Shown here piece after piece: positions 6,780 to 14,603 of a stretch of DNA of 33,619 nucleotides. Source of the stretch: a virus (Duplodnaviria > Caudoviricetes); IMG/VR virus record IMGVR_UViG_3300043103_000123, positions 1 to 33,619 of that record; one strand, 5' to 3'. A model generated the notes under the pieces. It saw only the letters and a list, made by a program, of their open reading frames with translations, ran no database searches and was not told the DNA's origin. Every line of letters begins with the position of its first letter. Position 1 is the first letter of the stretch. A program made the translations under genes and the position numbers.

Positions 6780-8713
6780 AAAGATTCCAAGAAGGTCTAT
6801 TTGACGAATATAAAATAAAATCTACTCATAAAAAAGTTATACCTAAAAAAACATATCTACCTAACTATGATAAAGCTATAGCTTTTAATCCACCTGTATT
6901 TGAAGGTTCTGAATTGTGGCAATCTACTTATGAAACACTTGTTTTTGATATTGAAATATATCCTAATTATTTCTTGGTTGCTTTTAAATCTATTGACTCT
7001 GGCAAGTGCATATATTTTGAAAAGACTGAGAAACAAGAGTTAGATTGTGCTACTATAAAATGGATAATAGAAAACTATTTGATAGTAGGTTTCAATAGTT
7101 ATTCTTTCGATGTTCCTATATTATCTTTAGCTTTATCAGGTGCATCTTTAAAAATCTTAAATGACGCTACTAGAAAAATAATCGTATATCAGGAAAGAGC
7201 GTATAATGTATTAAAAGAATATAAATGCAAAATGCTCAAACCTAACCATATTGATTTGATAGAAGTTTGCCCGTTATCAGGTAGCTTGAAAATATACGGT
7301 GCGAGATTACATACAAAACAGTTAGCGGATTTACCTTTTAATGTAGATGCTAAACTAACATCTGAGCAAATAACAATTGTTAGATGGTATTGCTTTAATG
7401 ACTTGCAATGCACAGAAGATATATTTAAATTCTTAAAGAAGGATATAGAGCTAAGAGAATCTTTAGGTGAGCAATACGGTATTGATCTTAGGTCTAAATC
7501 AGATGCCCAAATTGCTGAAACTGTTATAGGTAAAGAGCTATATAAATTAAGCGGAAAGAAACCTCAAAAAGAAGAGTTTCCTAGTTTCTATGCTTGTAGT
7601 TATGATCCTCCTAATTATCTTAATTTTAAAACAAGTATTTTGCAAAATGTAAAGTCTATAATAGAAAAATCTAAATTTAATTTAGACTTTCAAGGATCTG
7701 TTATTATACCGGATGAAGTTAAAGAATTAAAATTTACTATAGGTCAAACAACTTATCAAATCGGTGGAGGTGGATTACATAGCACAGAATCTAACAAAGC
7801 TTGGTTCTGCGATGAAAATCATAGACTGATAGATAGAGACGTAGCTAGTTATTATCCTTTTATTGTTTTAAATAATGAGTTATATCCTGAGCATTTAGGT
7901 AAAGACTTTCTTGATGTTTACAGAACTCTTGTTGATAGACGATTAAAAGCTAAAAGATCTAAAGATAAAAGAACGGCAGACAGTTTAAAGATTACTATTA
8001 ACGGAACATTTGGTAAACTAGGTAGCTCTTTTTCTATATTGTATTCTCCTAAGTTATTAATTCAAGTTACTATAACAGGTCAATTAAGCCTTTTATATCT
8101 AATTGAAAAAATAGAGCTTAAAGGTATATCTGTAATTTCGGCAAATACCGATGGTGTAGTTATAAAATGTCCTAAAAATAGAAAAGATGAACTTGATTCT
8201 ATAATTAAAGAATGGGAATTAGAAACAAATTTTGAAACTGAAGAAACGGAATATTTTTGTTTAGCTAGTGTTTCTGTCAATGACTATATGGCAGTTAAGA
8301 CAGACTTAGAATGTAAGTCTAAAGGGCAAAAGCTAGGATGGGGTATAACTAAACTTTTCAAAAATCCGACTAACGGTATTTGTATAACCGCAATTGAAAA
8401 CCTTTTAAGCAAGAGTATTCCAATTGATATAACAATTAGAGAATGTAAGGATATAACTCAGTTTATAAGTGTTAGAAAAGTAACAGGAGGAGGTATAAAA
8501 GACGAAGAATATCTAGGCAAAGTTGTTAGGTTTTATTATTCAACTGAAACAGATACTCCTATTGTATATGCTAAATCAGGTAACAAAGTAAACCTTAGTG
8601 AAGGTGCGAGACCTTGTATGACTCTACCTGATAGATTTCCAGACGATGTTGATATTGAACATTATATCAGATTGACAAAACAAATGTTAGGAGAAATGGG
8701 ACTTAAGCTGTAA
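6776..8713 (+). CDS. Family B DNA polymerase with 3'-5' exonuclease
   Basis: ExoI FDIE, ExoII GFNSYSFD, ExoIII YCFND; motif A DVASYYP, motif B KITINGTFGK, motif C SANTDG. Confidence 0.95.
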   Translation: MKRFQEGLFDEYKIKSTHKKVIPKKTYLPNYDKAIAFNPPVFEGSELWQSTYETLVFDIEIYPNYFLVAFKSIDSGKCIYFEKTEKQELDCATIKWIIENYLIVGFNSYSFDVPILSLALSGASLKILNDATRKIIVYQERAYNVLKEYKCKMLKPNHIDLIEVCPLSGSLKIYGARLHTKQLADLPFNVDAKLTSEQITIVRWYCFNDLQCTEDIFKFLKKDIELRESLGEQYGIDLRSKSDAQIAETVIGKELYKLSGKKPQKEEFPSFYACSYDPPNYLNFKTSILQNVKSIIEKSKFNLDFQGSVIIPDEVKELKFTIGQTTYQIGGGGLHSTESNKAWFCDENHRLIDRDVASYYPFIVLNNELYPEHLGKDFLDVYRTLVDRRLKAKRSKDKRTADSLKITINGTFGKLGSSFSILYSPKLLIQVTITGQLSLLYLIEKIELKGISVISANTDGVVIKCPKNRKDELDSIIKEWELETNFETEETEYFCLASVSVNDYMAVKTDLECKSKGQKLGWGITKLFKNPTNGICITAIENLLSKSIPIDITIRECKDITQFISVRKVTGGGIKDEEYLGKVVRFYYSTETDTPIVYAKSGNKVNLSEGARPCMTLPDRFPDDVDIEHYIRLTKQMLGEMGLKL

Positions 8714-11700
8714 ATGTTTGTTCCCCTGTTAATACAATTTCATTACCCCATCTATCTTTTACACCTATAACCCAAAAGTAAGTTGTTCCCACAGTTAGTA
8801 TTGACTCGGCAGAATTTGCATTTGTGGAAATTATTAGATTTGTTAAATCAGGTGTAAATCCAGTAACAGTATCAACATATAATTTATAAGATTCTATATC
8901 TGTTTCAAATGCACTATCCCATTGAAATAAATACCTTTTAGTAGTTGTTAAATCTTGAATTTCTGTTACTGACAAACCTGTTATAACAGAAGGTAAATTA
9001 TTAGTTACTTCTATAATCTCAGATTCTTCTGACAAACCTAACGAGTTTTCAGCAAAAACTGTAGCTGTTATATCTCTTTTTAAAGATACAGAAGCTAACA
9101 AAGCATCTGCTTTAGCTAAACCTGAAGAATAAACTAAAAACGGTGTATCTGTATCAATAGAAGATATTTCAACAAGATCTGTCAAAGCATCATCTAAAAT
9201 TGAAATTTTCCAAGTATAAGAAGTAGCTAGAGAATGCTCGTTTGTTGTTAGATACAAATTAGATCCTTCAAACGGTTCTGATAACTCGGGTTTGTCAGGC
9301 TGGAAAGGCACTGTAGCCGGGATACCTACCTCACCCGTCCATACAGTCCAAGGGCCGACAGAAAGCCCGTTAGCGGCTACCCTGATCCATATCTCACCGG
9401 GATCTATATCCACAATGGCATTGTTTAGCGGAGTTTGTAAAACTCTTGTATAATCATTACCATCATAACTTATTTCTAGAAAATAACTAGAAGCACCTAT
9501 AGCAGATTCCCATGTAACTTGGACTTGTAATATAGTATATGCTAAAGCTGTTACTTGTAAATTATTTACTATAGAATGCGAAGGTGTAACGGGTATTTGA
9601 AAATCGTTATTTATTACAGGTGCATTATCATCTAAATATTCAAAAACTCTATCATCATAAGGTGATAAGGTTAGATTAACTTCACCATATTTTGATCCCG
9701 GTGTTATACCTATTATATTAAATAAACTTACTTCTTTTCCTGTTATTCCGAAAAAATAACTAGGTAACTCTTCACTAGAGTTCATTTCAAAATAACTTAA
9801 ATCTAACTGACCTTCTACAATAACAGTATTGTCTAAACCTTGTGAACATATATAAGGTCCGCGCATAAAACCTTGCGTATCACTTAAAGCTATTCTATAA
9901 GTTTCATCTTCTTCAAATACAGGCGCAAAAGGTAATGTTATAACTGTATTATCATCATCGTTCCAATATATATTTTCAGCTATTTTACCAGTATGCTCGG
10001 GAATAGTATCAAAATCGTTAGGTAACAAATCATATTGAACCGCTACTAAATCGCCAAAAGTAACAGTTGATCCTTCAAGACCTGTAGTAAAAGATACGTT
10101 AGTTTTTTTATAGATTTGAGATGCTCTTTGATACATTCCCCATTGATAGGCTTTGTTTCGATCTTTGCATCCAATAAGTCTAACTTTTTCTAAGTTTATA
10201 CCTCTATCGTTACCAATTAAACATATAACAGTTTCTCTTTTCCAACTATCAGCATTTACATATTCTACTTCTAAACCATCTTTATCACTAACTCTAACAA
10301 AATTATGTGTTACTTTAAAACTCTCAGGTGATATATTACTTGGATTAAAGCAAGAAGTAGGTATAGTTAAAACAACATCTCTAACTATAGATATTAATGT
10401 TCCCGGTAAATTAGGTCTGCTTCTTGATCCCATTAAACAATCTATCAAAGCTTGCCATATATTACCTCTTGAATCAAAAGTTGCGTCAAAATATAGTTCC
10501 TCTTCTTCTATATCATTTGCTAATTGAACTATCGTATCTAAATCTAAAAATTTAGGTGCAAGATTTCTACCATAATCTGATAGTAATATATCACAAAAAG
10601 CCCATATAGGGTTTCTAGTAACTTCTATATTCCAAGACGTTCCGTTATACTTATAAGATTTTGATTGAACTCTAACATTAAATTTTGAATTAGAGTTATC
10701 GTTAAGACTATTACTTGCTTGCAATTTAAAAGCAATTAGTGTAACATTTCCAAAATTCTGATTTGTATTTATAAACGCTCTAGCACTTTCCCATGTTAGA
10801 GTGTCTCTTATTTTAAAATCATCTGATTTGTTAGTAGTTCTTTTACCCCTTATTTCATATCTACCTGAATCCACATTTACACCGATAGTATATCTTTTAG
10901 AATTAACTGTTTTTAAGGTTTTTGAAAATTCAGTTAGAGTTATCCAATCTCCTATCGGATCACCGCTATTATTTATTTTACGATATTCAAATGTAGCGTT
11001 TACGGTCCTATTAGACAATTTACCGTCATTTTTTGTTCTATATAAACCTGCTCTAAAAGATAAATCTATTTCTAACCTATATGCAGTTTTTAAAGTATTA
11101 ACTACTATAAACGGTCCACTCCAATCATGTCCCGCTTCATTAGGTCCGATTAATTCTATACCTCCTATTTCGGAAGATGTTTGAACATGAGTAGGAAATA
11201 AAGTTACATTTTCACCGGGTTGATATACTTCATACTCGGCATTTTCAAAGTTACCTATAGGGGTATCGTCAATTCTAACATCTGAAACATTATAGGAACC
11301 TATACCTACACAAAGCAAAGCAAAAAGCCATTGTTCGTCATCTACAAATTGATTATAAGGTCTTGAAGCATAACTAGGCCAGTGTCTAACTTCCCCATAA
11401 TGTCTTTCTATAGGTTCACCCAATTTAAGTTGATTTTGTTGACCTTTTAAAGTATATACTGGATCTGATTCAGGTAAACCATTTAAAGCAGGTATGGTTA
11501 TATCCATGAAAAAATAAATAGCTGCCGCAATTACTACAGCAACTATAAGACCTATAACTAAAGAACCTTTTACTTTTGGAATAAATAAAGCTATATCTTT
11601 TTCATGAAGCTTTGTTTCATGCTCTATTAATCTGTTATTTACATAAAGATAGTAACTAGCATTTTCATCTAACAAATAATCTTTTGTATTAAAACCTATT

Positions 11701-11768
11701 TCAACTTCGGTTTTTTTTAATTCTTTTTTAGGATTAAAAACATCAGTAACTTCATATACGAGAGGCAT
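8703..11768 (-). CDS. Tail tip / central fibre hub protein (lambda gpJ-like, with a gpI-like N-terminus and C-terminal FN3-like domains)
   Basis: N..KLGEPI...YG motif, TRNPIWA..D.L....YG, GD.V.V OB region, FN3-like segments; 1021 aa after an NlpC gene. Confidence 0.9.
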   Translation of the reverse strand: MPLVYEVTDVFNPKKELKKTEVEIGFNTKDYLLDENASYYLYVNNRLIEHETKLHEKDIALFIPKVKGSLVIGLIVAVVIAAAIYFFMDITIPALNGLPESDPVYTLKGQQNQLKLGEPIERHYGEVRHWPSYASRPYNQFVDDEQWLFALLCVGIGSYNVSDVRIDDTPIGNFENAEYEVYQPGENVTLFPTHVQTSSEIGGIELIGPNEAGHDWSGPFIVVNTLKTAYRLEIDLSFRAGLYRTKNDGKLSNRTVNATFEYRKINNSGDPIGDWITLTEFSKTLKTVNSKRYTIGVNVDSGRYEIRGKRTTNKSDDFKIRDTLTWESARAFINTNQNFGNVTLIAFKLQASNSLNDNSNSKFNVRVQSKSYKYNGTSWNIEVTRNPIWAFCDILLSDYGRNLAPKFLDLDTIVQLANDIEEEELYFDATFDSRGNIWQALIDCLMGSRSRPNLPGTLISIVRDVVLTIPTSCFNPSNISPESFKVTHNFVRVSDKDGLEVEYVNADSWKRETVICLIGNDRGINLEKVRLIGCKDRNKAYQWGMYQRASQIYKKTNVSFTTGLEGSTVTFGDLVAVQYDLLPNDFDTIPEHTGKIAENIYWNDDDNTVITLPFAPVFEEDETYRIALSDTQGFMRGPYICSQGLDNTVIVEGQLDLSYFEMNSSEELPSYFFGITGKEVSLFNIIGITPGSKYGEVNLTLSPYDDRVFEYLDDNAPVINNDFQIPVTPSHSIVNNLQVTALAYTILQVQVTWESAIGASSYFLEISYDGNDYTRVLQTPLNNAIVDIDPGEIWIRVAANGLSVGPWTVWTGEVGIPATVPFQPDKPELSEPFEGSNLYLTTNEHSLATSYTWKISILDDALTDLVEISSIDTDTPFLVYSSGLAKADALLASVSLKRDITATVFAENSLGLSEESEIIEVTNNLPSVITGLSVTEIQDLTTTKRYLFQWDSAFETDIESYKLYVDTVTGFTPDLTNLIISTNANSAESILTVGTTYFWVIGVKDRWGNEIVLTGEQTFTA

Positions 11769-12132
11769 GGCGATAAAATTTTATTGTTTTAAATTCAGAA
11801 GATAGACTTTTTATAAGTTGACAGCAAGCAGGTCTGTTTTTAGTTATATGAAATATAGCAGAATGTTCTATATACAAACCGACATGATGAATGATCTTGT
11901 TTTTACCCATTGCGCATAAATCAAACTCTTTAGGTTCATTTACTTCAATCCAATTTTTAAGACCGTTTTTAAAATTAGTTTCGTTAGAGATTATATCTAA
12001 CGGGTTTTCTACTGAATCAAATTCTGTTTTAGCGTCTATTGACAATATATCTAAATAGATTTTTTTAACAAGATCCCAACAATTGAAATCCTCTTTCCAT
12101 TTTAAACCTATATAATCTTTATACCAAGTCAT
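11752..12132 (-). CDS. NlpC/P60 tail assembly protein (gpK C-terminal-like)
   Basis: YIGL.W...FNCWDLV and HHVGLY....FH. Confidence 0.85.
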   Translation of the reverse strand: MTWYKDYIGLKWKEDFNCWDLVKKIYLDILSIDAKTEFDSVENPLDIISNETNFKNGLKNWIEVNEPKEFDLCAMGKNKIIHHVGLYIEHSAIFHITKNRPACCQLIKSLSSEFKTIKFYRHASRI

Positions 12133-13199
12133 AAACCGGGAAATCTATCTTCTGTATAGTATGCGTTAGGGAAAGCTGAGTTTGTTAAATCTATCCAGTT
12201 TAATTCACCTGCCACAATGTTACCTGAGATTTCCACATTTGTCAAAAATACCCTTAAAGGTGGGTCATTTTGTGGATATTCAGGATCGTTAGATAAATAT
12301 GATCTATATACAACTTCTATAGGTAAGTTATTTTTTATAGCACTTGCCAAGTATTTAGATACTTGTAAATCTGTGTTATCTATAGTAATGTTTATACTTC
12401 TAACACCTGTAGTTCCTTCACCTGATATTTTTATATCAAATGCTCTAGGTAAATATGTAACTTCTAATTCTGTTTCTGTTTTAGCTTCAAATTCATAACC
12501 GTCATTTACTAAATATATAGGATCTTTTCCGGTATATGTTTCTATTCTTAAAAGAGCTTCTACTAGACTAACTGAAAATTCTTCAGAGTCATAAGAATAG
12601 GGTATTTGTTCTCCTCCACTATCTAAAGCTAAATTATCATAAGTTGTATCGCTTGATATAGTCGTAAAATAGAATTTTACTTTTTTGTTTAATAAAGCTG
12701 ATATAGCTTCTTCTTCAGTAGATCCTCTTTCATGACTAGGTGCATCTGTTACTAACAGAATACATCTATATACAGAAGATTGTTGTCTCCATAGTATTTC
12801 GTTACAAGCTCTAACTGTAGCATGATAACCCGCTTCTTCTGTATCGTCACCACCGGATGAAACAATAGCATTTAGAAAAGATTCAATTTCTTCTTTCGAT
12901 CTTAGAGATGAATTAGGAACTAAATATATTTCATCTTGATCCTTAAAAGTTACTAAACCAAATCTAACAGAACTAAACCTAACTGATAATTGTTCAACAG
13001 CACTGGTTAAAGAATTAACTACAGATTCTATGACAGAACTCATAGAACCTGTATCATCTACTACAAATACAATATCTAACTGTTCGTTCTGATAACTAAC
13101 AGAAGGTTGTATTATTTCTATAGTTTCAATCTCTCTAACGTCTTTAGGATTTGTTATCCTACTTCTGATCAAAGCTGTAGATTGTGAAGGATCAGGCAT
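12129..13199 (-). CDS. DUF1833-like tail tip protein with an inserted vWA domain
   Basis: Flanks ETIEI.QP and PIYLVN...ITIDN...YRSYLS.D...P...FP...Y....FPGL; central DIVFVVDDTGSM...GLVTF.D...GGDD..E...LVTDAP.H. Confidence 0.82.
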   Translation of the reverse strand: MPDPSQSTALIRSRITNPKDVREIETIEIIQPSVSYQNEQLDIVFVVDDTGSMSSVIESVVNSLTSAVEQLSVRFSSVRFGLVTFKDQDEIYLVPNSSLRSKEEIESFLNAIVSSGGDDTEEAGYHATVRACNEILWRQQSSVYRCILLVTDAPSHERGSTEEEAISALLNKKVKFYFTTISSDTTYDNLALDSGGEQIPYSYDSEEFSVSLVEALLRIETYTGKDPIYLVNDGYEFEAKTETELEVTYLPRAFDIKISGEGTTGVRSINITIDNTDLQVSKYLASAIKNNLPIEVVYRSYLSNDPEYPQNDPPLRVFLTNVEISGNIVAGELNWIDLTNSAFPNAYYTEDRFPGL

Positions 13200-13201
13200 T
13201 G

Positions 13202-13753
13202 TTAGGCTTCATTTTTAGATATAGATCCACTAGCAGAAACTAAATAAGGTTTTACTGAATTAGGTTTATTATTATATATCGGTGATCTTGCTTCTAACAA
13301 TCTTGATTTTTCAATCCTTGTAATCGAAACTCTGTTACCCTGATTACCTCCGATAACATGATAATAAAAAGAATCTTCAGCTATATAAAAACCAACATGT
13401 CCGCCTCCATTACGTTTAAAAACTAAAACGTCACCTAGAGATGGTTTTTTACTTTTTATACCATAATTAACCCAATTTCTTGCCCATAGTGGATCTTTTA
13501 CAACATCTTTAGATTCACCTCTACGCATGAATGTTATAAAAGCAACAAATAGTCCGCACCATGCTATATCATCATCCGAAAATCCTTTTATACTAACACC
13601 TTCTTGATTTAGATCATCTCTCCAAGATATAATTGTTTTATTAGAACCTTTGCCTACAACTTCTTGAACTCCTAGCAATTCAATAGATAATTCAATAGTT
13701 CTAGGTAGAATACCTATATTTAATAACCATTTATACTTAGAGGGAAGTTTCAT
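13202..13753 (-). CDS. Endolysin candidate, TIGR02594 family (NlpC/CHAP-like Cys-His peptidase)
   Basis: DDIAWCGLFV, ARNW..YG, GDVLVF.R.GGGHVGFY, GGNQGN.V. Confidence 0.88.
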   Translation of the reverse strand: MKLPSKYKWLLNIGILPRTIELSIELLGVQEVVGKGSNKTIISWRDDLNQEGVSIKGFSDDDIAWCGLFVAFITFMRRGESKDVVKDPLWARNWVNYGIKSKKPSLGDVLVFKRNGGGHVGFYIAEDSFYYHVIGGNQGNRVSITRIEKSRLLEARSPIYNNKPNSVKPYLVSASGSISKNEA

Positions 13754-14323
13754 TTATTTAGAAGGTGTAGTTTCAATAGGAACTTGTAATTCTGTATAAC
13801 CTGTTAGATTTCCTGTTTCAGGATCATAAATAGGAACTTTTAAAAATCCAGAAGGTTTTTTATCAGGTGTAAAGACAATACCTCCCTTTGCTCCAGTTGT
13901 CGAATCAATATAGGATAATTTACCAGTTATAGGATAATTTTGGCAAGAAGGTAATACTAAAAAAGACATAGCAAAAAACAATATCCACAATCCAAGATTG
14001 TTAGGTTTGAATTTGTTATCTCCATTAATAAAGTAACTCCATACCATTGAAAACAAAGGTAAAAGTAGAGCTATCAGACTTGTAGCTTTTTCTGTAGATA
14101 ATAATCCTAACTCTACCGCAACGGCAGGAGCTACAGATAACAACTTTCTAATACCTGTTCCGATTGTTTCAAGTCCCTCATGATAATAAAAAGACCATGC
14201 TATACTAAATATTAAAATGATTAATCCTGCGATTGATTCCCATCCAGTGAAGCTTGCAAATGCTAAAGCTCCAATTGCTGTTAGAATTTCTCTAACTAAT
14301 CCTAATGTCTGTTCTTTGTTCAT
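13754..14323 (-). CDS. Holin-like membrane protein (tandem duplicated domain) with a C-terminal lipoprotein module
   Basis: Two repeats of R.(I/L)L(T/S)...WS(F/Y), then KFK-hydrophobic-LPSC127; adjacent to the endolysin. Confidence 0.7.
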   Translation of the reverse strand: MNKEQTLGLVREILTAIGALAFASFTGWESIAGLIILIFSIAWSFYYHEGLETIGTGIRKLLSVAPAVAVELGLLSTEKATSLIALLLPLFSMVWSYFINGDNKFKPNNLGLWILFFAMSFLVLPSCQNYPITGKLSYIDSTTGAKGGIVFTPDKKPSGFLKVPIYDPETGNLTGYTELQVPIETTPSK

Positions 14324-14329
14324 GTATAT

Positions 14330-14587
14330 TTATTCCTTACTTTGTTCTTGTTGTTTGTTATATTTACCTACATACCAGATGATTGCTACACGGTCCCTTG
14401 TTTCCCTGTGTTCGGTTGAAAGTTGTTTGACTTGCTCTTTTAAGTTTCCAAGCTCAAAGTGATTTGTTACTAACATACCTATACAAATCAAAAGTATAGG
14501 AACAAGAGTTGTTAGAATTGTCTTAACTGCTCCAGTTATTAGAGAGTTAATGTTTTCTTGAAAAGTATTTTCTTCTTCGTGCGACAT
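14330..14587 (-). CDS. Single-TM plus coiled-coil lysis-cassette protein (holin- or i-spanin-like)
   Basis: TM segment ILTTLVPILLICIGMLV followed by heptad-like LGNLKEQVKQLSTEH. Confidence 0.6.
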   Translation of the reverse strand: MSHEEENTFQENINSLITGAVKTILTTLVPILLICIGMLVTNHFELGNLKEQVKQLSTEHRETRDRVAIIWYVGKYNKQQEQSKE

Positions 14588-14603
14588 ATAATTAAAATTA
14601 TAT

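Noticed and set aside
8703-8713. Terminator at the convergent polymerase / tail tip junction
   Set aside because: The genes overlap by 11 bp and I found no hairpin with a U-tract.
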